This document shows positions 16,956 through 26,482 of a stretch of DNA of 64,000 nt, piece by piece. The notes under the pieces were generated by a model that saw only the letters and a program-made list of their open reading frames with translations, was not told the DNA's origin and did no database searches. Numbering within the stretch: the stretch's first letter is position 1; each line of letters opens with the position of its first letter. Origin of the DNA: Cyanobium sp. FGCU52 (GTDB lineage: Bacteria; Cyanobacteriota; Cyanobacteriia; PCC-6307; Cyanobiaceae); the NCBI GenBank assembly GCA_024958715.1, contig JANWUS010000044.1:5009-69008 (forward strand), given 5' to 3'. The translations under genes were made by a program, and so were the position numbers.

Positions 16956-17669
16956 TCAGGCCGGCGTGAGCGCCGCCAGGGCCTCGGCGTCGTGGTGGCC
17001 CTGCCACAGCCACCGCCAGTGCCAGCCCGCCGCCATCGCAACCTGTTCGATGGTGGCCCGATCGGCCGGATGATCCCAGGCGCTCAGGTGGGCGATCACC
17101 TCCTCCTGCCGGTCCGCCTCCAGCGGCGTCCAGCCGTGCACGCGCTGGCAGTAGCGCGCCACGTAGGCCTCCCGGCTCTCGCCGGCGGGGCGGAACACGT
17201 CGGCCCAGAGCAGCAGGCCGCCCGGGGCGATGCGGCGGCGGCAGCCCCGCAGGAACCGTTCCTTCTCCGGCTCCCGCAGGTGGTGCACCGCGAAGCCGCT
17301 GATCACCACATCCACCGGCGGTCCGTCCGCCTCGGCCCAGCCCAGCAGATCCCCCTCCTCGAACCGGCAGGGGTAGGGCACGGGGCCCAGGGCCTCGGCC
17401 GCCAGGGGCAGCACCGCTCCATTCAGGTCGAGCGCCGTGAAGGAGGCCAGCGGCAGGCGCCGCAGCAGCGGCGGCAGCAGGCCCAGATCTCCGCTGCCCA
17501 GATCCACCAGATGGGGCAGGGGCGCGGCGGGGTCTCGTTGCGCCAGCCAGCCGTCGATCGCCGCCGCCAGCGCCGCCGTCAGGTCCCGGTGCTCCATCAG
17601 GTCGTTGTCGACCACGCGGCGGTAGGTGGTCCACTGCCGCCGGAACATCTCGATCACTTCAGCAGCCAT
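16956..17669 (-). CDS. Class I SAM-dependent methyltransferase
   Basis: LVDLGSGD, DVVISGFAVHHL, GGLLLWADV motifs; start reassigned to ATG 17669 (MAAEVIE). Confidence 0.85.
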   Translation of the reverse strand: MAAEVIEMFRRQWTTYRRVVDNDLMEHRDLTAALAAAIDGWLAQRDPAAPLPHLVDLGSGDLGLLPPLLRRLPLASFTALDLNGAVLPLAAEALGPVPYPCRFEEGDLLGWAEADGPPVDVVISGFAVHHLREPEKERFLRGCRRRIAPGGLLLWADVFRPAGESREAYVARYCQRVHGWTPLEADRQEEVIAHLSAWDHPADRATIEQVAMAAGWHWRWLWQGHHDAEALAALTPA

Positions 17670-17723
17670 CGGCGGCGCGCTCGCTCCTCCGAGGATGGCA
17701 GTGGTCGCTTCCTCCTGCCGCCG

Positions 17724-18506
17724 GTGCCCCGCCTGTTCCCTTCCCCCCGGCCTGCCGCCGCCACCCTTGCGACCCTGACGGCGCTGCTCGCCGGTTGCGG
17801 ACGGTTCTCGGGCGCCCGGGTGCCGGAGCTCACCGATGCCCGGCTGCCGCGGCTGGAGCCCGCGGCGCTGCAGGCCTGCGCCACCCGCCTCGGGCTGGCG
17901 GCCGAGCTGCCCCGCCCCGCCGATGCCACCAACTTCGGCGAGCGCCAGCCCCGCGACGCCCAGGGGCGCAGCGTGCCCCACCTGCCCCAGCTGATCGTGC
18001 TGCACGAAACGGTGCTCTCGGCGCCGGACACCGTGAAGCTGTTCGCCACCCCCCATCCCAACGACGACGACCAGGCCAGCTACCACCTGCTGATCGATCG
18101 CCAGGGCCGGCGGCTGCGGATCGTGCCCGACGAGCTCCGCGCCTTCGGGGCCGGCATGTCGGCCTTCGGCGATTTCGCCGTGCGCATCCGGCCCGCCTCG
18201 GTGGGCTCGCTCAACAACGTGGCCCTGCATCTGAGCCTCGAAACCCCGGCCGATGGCCGCGGCGACAGCGACGGCCACTCCGGCTACACCCCGGCCCAGT
18301 ACGAGGCGGCGGCCGCCCAGGTGCTGCTCTGGCAGGCCCGTTTCGGCATCCCCTTCAGCCGCCTCACCACCCACGCGGCGATCGACCGCAGCCGCAGCCG
18401 CTACGACCCCCGCAGCTTCCGCTGGGAGCGCTTCCTGCCCGCCTACCGCAAGGCGGCCGCCGCCTGCTCGCTCACGGCCTACGACAACGGCCGGGCCGTT
18501 CCCTGA
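17724..18506 (+). CDS. N-acetylmuramoyl-L-alanine amidase (Amidase_2), probable lipoprotein
   Basis: LLAGC lipobox after GTG 17724; LIVLHET, ASYHLLIDRQG, A(F)GAG, LHLSLE and LTTHAAID motifs. Confidence 0.8.
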   Translation: MPRLFPSPRPAAATLATLTALLAGCGRFSGARVPELTDARLPRLEPAALQACATRLGLAAELPRPADATNFGERQPRDAQGRSVPHLPQLIVLHETVLSAPDTVKLFATPHPNDDDQASYHLLIDRQGRRLRIVPDELRAFGAGMSAFGDFAVRIRPASVGSLNNVALHLSLETPADGRGDSDGHSGYTPAQYEAAAAQVLLWQARFGIPFSRLTTHAAIDRSRSRYDPRSFRWERFLPAYRKAAAACSLTAYDNGRAVP

Positions 18507-19489
18507 AGCGGTGGCGTCGGCGGGCCGGCCCCCCGGGGCAGGAAGCGCAGCAGCGCTCCCGCCAGGATCAGGGCGCTGCCCCCGAGCACGGGCGGGGACA
18601 GCGGCTCACCGAGGAACAGGGCGGCGCTGCCGATGGTGATCACCAGGCTGGCACTGCCCACCAGCGCCACCTGGGCCACGCTGTAGAAGCGGGCGCACAC
18701 CTGCCGCAGCACCTCCGTGCCCAGGCTCACGGTGACGCCGTACACGGCGATCACCCAGAACACCCACCAGATCCGCGCATAGAAGAAGTGCTGGGGCCCG
18801 TAGATCTTCAGGGCGAGGAGGCCGAACACCAGGGCGCCGCCGAGGTTGCCCACGCCGGAGGTGAGCCCCCTGCAGAGGTGCAGCGCGGCGATGCGCTGGC
18901 GTAGGCACTGGCGCACGGCGGTGGCCGCCACCGACGCCAGGGCCCACACCACCCCGATCAGCTGATCGCTTCCCATCGCGCTTCCCATCGGCACCACCCG
19001 CGAGAGCAGCAGACCGGCCACGATCAGGCCCAGGCTCAGCCAGAAGCGCGGCGGCAGCGGTTCCCGCAGCCAGGCCAGGGCCAGCAGGCCCGACGCCGGC
19101 AGCGCCAGGGAGAACAGCAGCGTCTGGGTGATCACCGAGAGGTGATCGAGGCTGAGATAGAAGGAGAGCGGGGCCAGGAAGCTGCCGAGGAAGGCGTCGA
19201 GGGCCAGGCGGATCCGCACCGGCGTTTCGATCCGCACCAGTTCGCGGCGCACCCGGGCCGGCTCCCGCACCAGCAGCGCCGCGCCCAGCATCAGCTGGGA
19301 GATCAGGAACACGTTGCAGAAACTGATCGGGTTCTCGCCGTCGATCGGGTGGGCGGCCCCCTGGATCTGCAGGAACCGCAGCACGGTGTTGCGCAGACCG
19401 CTGAGCAGCACGAAGCCCAGCAGGGCTCCGGCCGCGAAGGGGGTGGCGCGGGCGAGGGAGGGGGCGTTGGGGTGGGCCGGCGCGCTCAT
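18479..19489 (-). CDS. DMT/EamA-like membrane transporter
   Basis: About ten hydrophobic segments in two repeats, with WLREPL and LFLGEPLS motifs. Confidence 0.65.
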   Translation of the reverse strand: MSAPAHPNAPSLARATPFAAGALLGFVLLSGLRNTVLRFLQIQGAAHPIDGENPISFCNVFLISQLMLGAALLVREPARVRRELVRIETPVRIRLALDAFLGSFLAPLSFYLSLDHLSVITQTLLFSLALPASGLLALAWLREPLPPRFWLSLGLIVAGLLLSRVVPMGSAMGSDQLIGVVWALASVAATAVRQCLRQRIAALHLCRGLTSGVGNLGGALVFGLLALKIYGPQHFFYARIWWVFWVIAVYGVTVSLGTEVLRQVCARFYSVAQVALVGSASLVITIGSAALFLGEPLSPPVLGGSALILAGALLRFLPRGAGPPTPPLQGTARPLS

Positions 19490-19657
19490 GCCGCATCCAT
19501 GGAGGGGGAGGGGTGCGGCGCCGTGCCCTCACCGTAGGAAGGAGGCCTGGTCACGGCCAGCGGCCGGGCTGTTCCCTGAAGCGGTGGCTACTCGATGGCG
19601 TCGCCCGGCCGGACCTCTCGTTAGGGTCCCGTGCCATCACCGCGAGAAGCACCCAAG

Positions 19658-22477
19658 ATGTCTGCAGCCCAGGCGCCGGAGCGGCGGCTGCATCTGGTTC
19701 GCTGGCTCCTCACCACCGGCTGGCTGCTGATCATCGGATCGCTGTTCTTCGATCCGTTCACCTCCCGCTTCACCGAACCGGATCACCCCTGGAGCCCGCT
19801 GCGGCTCATCGACACGTGTGTGCCGGTGCAGGGCCGCTGCCTGGTGGAGCAGCCCTATCCCCTGGGCACCACCCTGTTCTGGGGCGCGGTGGTGCCCGCG
19901 GGGATCTTCGTGCTGCTGGTGTTCGGCCACGAGCTCTGGCGCCGCATCTGCCCCCTGTCGTTCCTCTCCCAGATCCCGCGCGCCCTCGGCTGGCAGCGGC
20001 AGACCGCCAAGAAGAATCCCAAAACCGGGGAGGTGCGCTTCCAGCTGGCCAAGGTGCCCGCCGATTCCTGGCTGGCGAAGCACTACTCCAAGCTGCAGTT
20101 CGGCTGGCTGTTCGTGGGCCTCTGCGGCCGCATCCTCTTCTTCAATGCCGACCGGCTCGTGCTGGCCGGCTGGTTGCTGTTCACCATCGCCGCCGCGATC
20201 ACCGTGGGCTGTCTCTACGGCGGCAAGGCCTGGTGCCAGTACTTCTGCCCGATGGCGCCCGTGCAGAGCATCTACTCCACCCCGTCCGGCCTGCTCGGCA
20301 GCGCCGCCCACATGGCCAGCGGCCCGATCACCCAGTCGATGTGCCGCGCAACCCTGCCCGACGGCAGTGAGCAGAGCGCCTGCGTGGCCTGCCAGCAGCC
20401 CTGCATCGACATCGACGCCGAGCGCATGTACTGGGCCCGGATCAACACGCCTGCCTTCGCCTTCGAGCGCTACGGCTACGTGGGCCTGGTGGTGGGCTAC
20501 TTCCTCTACTACTACCTCTATGCCGGCAACTGGACCTACTACTTCTCCGGCGCCTGGGCCCGCCAGGACAACCAGCTCTCCCAGTTGCTGAGTCCGGGCC
20601 TGTTCCTGTTCGGCCAGCCGATCGACGTGCCCAAGATCGTGGCCGTGCCCCTGGTGCTGGGGCTGTTCACCTGGCTGGGGCTGCTGGTGGGCCGGGGCAT
20701 CGAGGCCTGGATGCGGCGCCGCGTCCGGCAGCAGGGCGCCGAACCCGACCGCGAGCGCATCCGCCATCGCGTGTTCGTGGCCGCCACCTTCCTGGTGTTC
20801 AACTTCTTCTTCCTGTTCGCCGGCCGCCCGCTGCTGCAGCTGGCGCCGGCCTGGGTGCAATACCTCTTTGATGTGTCGCTGGTGGCCACCAGCACCCTCT
20901 GGCTGTTCCGCTCCTGGCGCCGCAGCCCCGCCCTCTACGGGCGCGAGAACCTGGCGGAACGCTTCCGCCGCCAGCTCGAGCGCCTCGGCCTCGACGTGGC
21001 CCGCTACCTCGAAGGTCGCACCCTCGGCGATCTCAGCCCCGACGAGGTGTACGTGCTGGCCCGGGTGCTGCCCGGCTTCGGCAGCGAGCAGCGCCATGAG
21101 GCCTACAAGGGCGTGGTGCGCGAAGCCCTGGAGGAGGGCTACGTGAACGCCGCCAGCAGCCTGGAGGTGCTGCAGCAGATGCGGAGGGAGCTCGGCATCA
21201 CCGACGACGAGCACCGCCAGCTGCTTGATGAGCTGGGGGTGGAGGACCCGGGGCTGCTCGATCCCGGACAGCGCCGCAGCCTTGAGGAGCAGGTGCGGCT
21301 CAGCGGCTACCGCCGCTCGCTCGAGCGGCTGATGCGCCTGCAGCAGGGGCCGGCCGGGATCGGCCCCGGGCAGGGCGCCGGCGGCGACGCGGAGCCGGCG
21401 GCGATGCTGCGCCAGCTGCGCCGTCAGTTCTCGATCGACGACAGCGAGGAGGCCCTGGTGCGCGAGGACAGCTCCGCCGTGGACAAGGCCGCCCGCCGGG
21501 CCGAGCTGCTGCTGCAGCGGTTGCCGGAACTGATCGAGGCCTACCGCTCCCTGCATCAGCCGGCCCTGCGGGATCAACCCGTTCTGGTGGCCCTGCTCGA
21601 CGACCACCTGCAGCACCGCAAGGAGCTGGCCCTGGAGGCGATCCTCTCGGCTCTCGCCACCCTGGAGGGCGCGCCACCCACCCAGGAGCTGGTGGCGCGC
21701 CTGCAGGCGGGTTCGCCGCTGATCCTGCAGGAGCTGCTGGCCACCGACACCTGGCGGCAGCGGCTGCCGGCTGAGGTGTTCGAGGCCCTGCGCAGCCCCG
21801 GCGCGGCGGCCGCCTCCTGTTCGCTGGAGGTGCCCGTGGCCCAGACCCTCCAGCACCTGGAGCGGCTCAGCCGCGCGGGCAATCCCACCGAGGCGGCCGC
21901 CGCCCTGGTGCTGGTGGCGGTGCTCGACGCCTCCCGGGGCCGCGCCCTCGCCCATGCCCTGCTCGCCGCCGCCCCGCCGCCCCTGCTGAAGGACACGGCG
22001 GAGCGGCTGCTGAACCTGGAGGGCCCGCCGGTACTGGCGGCCTTCCCGCCCCTGGAGAAGCGGGTGGTGCTGGCCACCAGCGACTTCTTCCGCCGCACCT
22101 GGGCCGACACCCTCGATGCCCTGGCCGAGCGGGCCGAGATGCGCACCTACGGCGCCGGGGCGCTGATCACCGAAACCGGCGACACCTGCCGCGAACTGCT
22201 GCTGCTCGTGGATGGAGCTGCATCTGTGCAGCACCGGGAGGAGGGCCGCGCCTGGGAGGAGCAGGTGCGCCCGGGCCACGTGCTCGACGAGCTGGAGGTG
22301 CTCACCCACAGCGCCGCCGAGAGCACGATCGTGGCCGAAACCGAAGGCACGCGCGTGCTGGCGGTGCCGGTGGATTCCTTCGACACCATGCTCGAGCGCG
22401 ACCCCGACTTCGCCCGCCGGGTTCTGGATCTGGAGAGCCGCCAGCTGCAGCGGCTCACCAAGGCCGGACGCCTTTAG
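19658..22477 (+). CDS. Membrane 4Fe-4S-binding protein with C-terminal cyclic-nucleotide-binding domain
   Basis: ELWRRICPLSF, WCQYFCPMAPV and CVACQQPC Cys motifs in a multi-TM N-terminus; C-terminal LITETGD...LLLLVDG...GHVLDELEVL cNMP-like fold. Confidence 0.7.
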   Translation: MSAAQAPERRLHLVRWLLTTGWLLIIGSLFFDPFTSRFTEPDHPWSPLRLIDTCVPVQGRCLVEQPYPLGTTLFWGAVVPAGIFVLLVFGHELWRRICPLSFLSQIPRALGWQRQTAKKNPKTGEVRFQLAKVPADSWLAKHYSKLQFGWLFVGLCGRILFFNADRLVLAGWLLFTIAAAITVGCLYGGKAWCQYFCPMAPVQSIYSTPSGLLGSAAHMASGPITQSMCRATLPDGSEQSACVACQQPCIDIDAERMYWARINTPAFAFERYGYVGLVVGYFLYYYLYAGNWTYYFSGAWARQDNQLSQLLSPGLFLFGQPIDVPKIVAVPLVLGLFTWLGLLVGRGIEAWMRRRVRQQGAEPDRERIRHRVFVAATFLVFNFFFLFAGRPLLQLAPAWVQYLFDVSLVATSTLWLFRSWRRSPALYGRENLAERFRRQLERLGLDVARYLEGRTLGDLSPDEVYVLARVLPGFGSEQRHEAYKGVVREALEEGYVNAASSLEVLQQMRRELGITDDEHRQLLDELGVEDPGLLDPGQRRSLEEQVRLSGYRRSLERLMRLQQGPAGIGPGQGAGGDAEPAAMLRQLRRQFSIDDSEEALVREDSSAVDKAARRAELLLQRLPELIEAYRSLHQPALRDQPVLVALLDDHLQHRKELALEAILSALATLEGAPPTQELVARLQAGSPLILQELLATDTWRQRLPAEVFEALRSPGAAAASCSLEVPVAQTLQHLERLSRAGNPTEAAAALVLVAVLDASRGRALAHALLAAAPPPLLKDTAERLLNLEGPPVLAAFPPLEKRVVLATSDFFRRTWADTLDALAERAEMRTYGAGALITETGDTCRELLLLVDGAASVQHREEGRAWEEQVRPGHVLDELEVLTHSAAESTIVAETEGTRVLAVPVDSFDTMLERDPDFARRVLDLESRQLQRLTKAGRL

Positions 22478-22534
22478 GATCCCCGCGCGCCAAGCCGTCG
22501 GGCCCCGCCCGCGGGGTTGCCAGGAGTCCCGGAG

Positions 22535-24166
22535 ATGACCACAGCCCCCGCCCCAGCTCTGCACATCGAGCCGCCGGGGCCTGGCTTCTGGGAGCTGGAT
22601 CCGGTCCACTTCCCCCTGCCCGTCTCGCGCTACTGGACGGAGGTGCACCCGGGCGGCTTCCAGCGCGGCACCGCCGATTTCGCCCGCGCCTACGGGATGC
22701 TGATCGAGGCCCTGGAGATGGCCTATCCCCAGGGCTTCGCCTACAAGCGGGTGACGCCCGTGGCCGAGGGCGAGGTGCCGGAGCGTCTGCAGCGGGCCCA
22801 GGAGGTGTTCGCCAGCCGCTTCTGGCGCCAGCAGCTGGCTGAGTGGACCACCACGGTGAAGCCGGCGGCCATCGCCGCCCATCGCGCGATCCAGGTGATC
22901 GATCCAGGCGGCCTCAGCGACGACGACCTGGCCGCCCATCTGCGCCGCTGCCGCGACCACCACGCAGCGATGCTCGCCCAGCACATGCGCTACACGGCGG
23001 CGGCGATCGTGCCCACCGGCGATTTCCTCGCCCATGCGATCGAGTGGACCGGGCTCTCCCCGGCCGAACTGCTGGGCCTGATGCGGGGCACCTCGCCGGT
23101 GTCCGCCGGGGCCTCGGCCGAACTGGCGGCCCTCACCGAGGCCCTGCGCGCCGATCCGGAAGCCCTGGATCTGCTCCACGCCGAGGGCGATCCGGCTGCC
23201 CGGCTGGCTGCGCTCCGCAGCCGCGAAGGCGCCACGGGGGTGGCGGTGGGCGCTTATCTGGATCTGGTGGGCTACCGCCTGCTCGACGGCTTCGACATCG
23301 TCAACCCCTGCGCCATCGAACTGCCCGACGTGCTGCTGCGCACCCTGCGGGTGGCGGTGGAGGGGCAGGTGGCGGCTGACGACCCCCAGGAGCGCATCCA
23401 GGCGGTGCGCGCCAAGGTGCCGGAGGCCCACCAGGAGGACTTCGACGGCCTGCTGGTGGAGGCCCGTCTCACCTATCCGATCCGCGATGAGCGCGGCGTG
23501 TTCAGCGACATCTGGGCCTCCGGTCTGATGCGGCGGGCCGCGCTGGCCGCCGGCCGGCGGGTGGCGGAGCGGGGCGCGATCCACGAGGCGGTGCACCTGC
23601 TCGAGGCGGGACTGGAGGAGATGGTGGAGCTGCTGCTGGGCCGCGGCGGCCCCGGCGCCGATGAGCTCGCCGCCCGCGCCGCCTTCCGCACCGCCCACAC
23701 CGCCCGCCAGGTGCCGGCCACCCTGGGCACCCCGCCGCCGCCACCGGATCTTGCGGCCCTTCCGCCGGATGCCGCCCGCCTGATGCGGGCCACCGGCATC
23801 GCCCTCGGCGCCCTGTTCGGCAGCTCCGATGCCCCCCAGGAGCAGCACAGGCTGCGGGGCCTGGCCGCCAGCCCCGGCATCTACGAGGGTCCCGCCCGCC
23901 GCATCACCCACGCCACCGAGTTCGACCGCATCCAGCGCGGCGACATCCTCGTCACCGCCTCCACCACCGAGGCCTTCAACATCCTGCTGCCCCTGCTGGG
24001 GGCGATCGTGACCGACAGCGGCGGCCTGCTCTCCCACTCGGCGATCGTGGCCCGCGAGTACGGCATCCCCGGGGTGGTGGGCACCCGCCAGGCCACCGCG
24101 GTGATCGCCGATGGTCAGCGGCTGCGGGTCGACGGCACGGCCGGCACGGTGACGGTGATCGGGTGA
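22535..24166 (+). CDS. PEP-utilising enzyme: central substrate-binding region plus phospho-His swivel domain
   Basis: GLAASPG..EG.AR, GDILV, IVTDSGGLLSHSAIVAREYGIPGVVG, RVDGTAGTV; no ATP-grasp domain in this chain. Confidence 0.85.
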   Translation: MTTAPAPALHIEPPGPGFWELDPVHFPLPVSRYWTEVHPGGFQRGTADFARAYGMLIEALEMAYPQGFAYKRVTPVAEGEVPERLQRAQEVFASRFWRQQLAEWTTTVKPAAIAAHRAIQVIDPGGLSDDDLAAHLRRCRDHHAAMLAQHMRYTAAAIVPTGDFLAHAIEWTGLSPAELLGLMRGTSPVSAGASAELAALTEALRADPEALDLLHAEGDPAARLAALRSREGATGVAVGAYLDLVGYRLLDGFDIVNPCAIELPDVLLRTLRVAVEGQVAADDPQERIQAVRAKVPEAHQEDFDGLLVEARLTYPIRDERGVFSDIWASGLMRRAALAAGRRVAERGAIHEAVHLLEAGLEEMVELLLGRGGPGADELAARAAFRTAHTARQVPATLGTPPPPPDLAALPPDAARLMRATGIALGALFGSSDAPQEQHRLRGLAASPGIYEGPARRITHATEFDRIQRGDILVTASTTEAFNILLPLLGAIVTDSGGLLSHSAIVAREYGIPGVVGTRQATAVIADGQRLRVDGTAGTVTVIG

Positions 24167-24981
24167 GCCGGATCGTTCCGCTCAAGGCCGCGCTCGACGT
24201 GGCCATTCACGGCGCCAAGGCGGTGGGGCTGGGCCAGGCCCTGCGCGACGGCCTGCCGGTGCCCGAGGGATTCGCCCTCTCTGGGCCGTTGGTGGAGGCG
24301 GTGACCTCCGGCGATGAGGCCGCCGAGGCCGAGGTGCGGGCGGCGGTGGGATCGCTCGCCGGCCCGTTCGCGGTGCGCTCCTCCGCCATCGACGAGGACG
24401 GCGACGCCAGCAGCTTCGCCGGCCAGCACCTCACCCTGCTCAACGTGCCCGGCGCGGCCGAACTGCCGGAGGCCCTGCGCGAGATCTGGTGGTCGGCGAA
24501 CTCCGATGCCGCGATCACCTACCGCCAGAAGGTGGGCCGCTTCAGCCGGCCGAGCGTGGCGGTGGTGGTGCAGACCCTGCCGGCCCCCGAAACGGCCGGC
24601 GTGCTGTTCACCCGCAACCCCGTCACCGGCGCCGATGAGCGGCTGATCGAGGCCAGCTGGGGGCTGGGGGAAGCGGTGGTGGCGGGCCTGGTGATCCCCG
24701 ATCACTTCCTGCTCGATCGCCAGGGGCAGGTGCGCGAGCGCCGGCCCGGCTACAAGACCGTGGCGATCCGCCCGGTGGCCACCGGTGGCACGGTGGAGGA
24801 GGAGCTGGCCCCCGACCTGGTGGAGCGCCTGTGCCTGGACGACGCCCAGCTGGCGGCTCTGCACCAGCTGGCGCTGCGCTGCGAGGCGGTGCATGGCCCG
24901 GACCGCGACCTGGAATGGGCATTTGCCGATGGCCGGCTGCATCTGCTTCAGTGCCGGGCCATCACCACGTCCGGATCCTGA
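24163..24981 (+). CDS. Stand-alone PEP/pyruvate-binding (PPDK_N, ATP-grasp) domain protein
   Basis: GAKAVGLG..VPEGF, FAVRSSA.DEDG..SSFAGQH.T.LNV, AGVLFTRNPVTG, WGLGEAVV.G, DLEWAF...LLQCRAIT; GTGA overlap with the upstream gene. Confidence 0.88.
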   Translation: MSRIVPLKAALDVAIHGAKAVGLGQALRDGLPVPEGFALSGPLVEAVTSGDEAAEAEVRAAVGSLAGPFAVRSSAIDEDGDASSFAGQHLTLLNVPGAAELPEALREIWWSANSDAAITYRQKVGRFSRPSVAVVVQTLPAPETAGVLFTRNPVTGADERLIEASWGLGEAVVAGLVIPDHFLLDRQGQVRERRPGYKTVAIRPVATGGTVEEELAPDLVERLCLDDAQLAALHQLALRCEAVHGPDRDLEWAFADGRLHLLQCRAITTSGS

Positions 24982-25394
24982 TGCGCGGCGCCCCCATCGA
25001 CGTGCTGCAGCGCGTTCCCCTGTTCGCCGATCTCAACCCTGACGAGCTGGCTCAGATCGCCCTGCTGTTCAAGGAACGCGACTTCAACCAGGGCACCACG
25101 ATCATCCAGGAGGGTTCGGGCGGCGCCGCCTTCTTCGTGATCGAGGCCGGTGAGGCCACGGTGTCGATCCGCGGCACGCCCCATTCCACCCTCGGGCCCG
25201 GCGATTACTTCGGCGAGATCGCCCTGATTGATGAAGGGCCGCGCATGGCCACGATCACCGCCGCCAGCCGGCTGGATTGCTGGGGCCTCACCTACTGGGA
25301 CTTCCGGCCGCTGGTGGAGGCCAACGGGGTGATCGGCTGGAAGCTGCTGCAGCGGATGGCGATGATGCTTCGCGACGCGCGGGCCCAGCAGTGA
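24981..25394 (+). CDS. Stand-alone cyclic nucleotide-binding domain protein
   Basis: LQRVPLF..L, IIQEG, FFVIEAG, GDYFGEIALID..PRMATI; TGATG overlap with the upstream gene. Confidence 0.88.
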   Translation: MRGAPIDVLQRVPLFADLNPDELAQIALLFKERDFNQGTTIIQEGSGGAAFFVIEAGEATVSIRGTPHSTLGPGDYFGEIALIDEGPRMATITAASRLDCWGLTYWDFRPLVEANGVIGWKLLQRMAMMLRDARAQQ

Positions 25395-26482
25395 CGCAGG
25401 CGGGGCTCCGGCCACGGGGTCCCCGAGCACTGGGGGTGCTGCTGGCGCTGGTGCTGCTCCTGGCGATCGGGCCGGTTCGGGCCCAGGGGCCGGCCGATGG
25501 GCAGCCTCCTGGGCCGGGGGGCACGGAAACCCTGGAGCGCTGCCTGGGACCGGCCCGTTCCCTGCTGCTCTCCGGCCCGCTGCCCTATGCCCTGGTGCGG
25601 CTGGATGGGCGGTTCGGCTTCTTCCTGGTCGACTTCGGCTCCGATGGCAGCTCCGTCTCCCCCACCACCTTCCTCGGGGGTCGTGGGCCGACGCCCCTGC
25701 CCGGGAGCAGCGACCGCTTCGCCGGCTTCGATTTCTTCGGCCCCTGGGGCCCCGTGCGCCTCACGCCGCAGGACCACAGCGGCATCCGCGCCGTGGTGCC
25801 GCAGGCGGGCCTGCTCGGCACCGACATCCTGGCCCGGCAGGTGCTCACCTTCGACGGCGAGCAGGCGCTGCTGCGCTGGGCGCCACCCGAATCCTTCTGC
25901 CGCGACGCCACCCTGCGCGCCGCCGGCTTCGTGCCGATCTCCAGCCGGGGTTACTTCGGCCCCAGCGCCCGCGGGCTCACCTGCCCCGCCGCACCCCGGC
26001 GCGGCGGCTGCCCCAACATCCCCACGGTGCCGGTGCGCATCGGCGCCGTGACCGCCGTGGCCCAGGTGGACACCGGTTACGACGACAGCCGCCTTCCCGG
26101 TTCGGTGAACATCAACACCGCCCTGCTCCAGCGGCTGCAGCAGGCGGGGATCCGGCTGCAGCGCCTCCCGGAGGCCGACCTGACCCTCAGCACCTGCACC
26201 GGCGGGAGCGAGCCGGTCACGGCCTGGCGGCTGCCGGCCGGCGCCAGCTTCGAGATCCTCGGCGACGACGGCCCGCCGGCCCTGCGCAACCCTGACGCCA
26301 CCCTGTTCGTGAAGGCCACGCCGGCGGCTGCTGCTGCCTGCGGTGGCATCGGCACCTGGAGCCGGCCCGCGGCCCAGCTCGGCGCCAGCTTCATCACTGC
26401 GCAGCGGGCGGCGATCTTCGATCCGTTCACCGCCCGGATCTGGCTGAAGCCGGCCGCGGCGTCAGGGCCGGAGGGGCGTTGA
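25391..26482 (+). CDS. Exported retropepsin-like aspartyl protease-type protein (two lobes)
   Basis: Signal peptide after GTG 25391; FLVDFGS and AQVDTGY motifs, GLLGTDIL. Confidence 0.55.
   Translation: MTQAGLRPRGPRALGVLLALVLLLAIGPVRAQGPADGQPPGPGGTETLERCLGPARSLLLSGPLPYALVRLDGRFGFFLVDFGSDGSSVSPTTFLGGRGPTPLPGSSDRFAGFDFFGPWGPVRLTPQDHSGIRAVVPQAGLLGTDILARQVLTFDGEQALLRWAPPESFCRDATLRAAGFVPISSRGYFGPSARGLTCPAAPRRGGCPNIPTVPVRIGAVTAVAQVDTGYDDSRLPGSVNINTALLQRLQQAGIRLQRLPEADLTLSTCTGGSEPVTAWRLPAGASFEILGDDGPPALRNPDATLFVKATPAAAAACGGIGTWSRPAAQLGASFITAQRAAIFDPFTARIWLKPAAASGPEGR

Noticed and set aside
1-17000. Integron integrase, transposase or retron reverse transcriptase associated with the island
   Set aside because: No ORF on either strand shows tyrosine-recombinase, DDE or RT (YxDD) motifs. 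They may lie outside the window.
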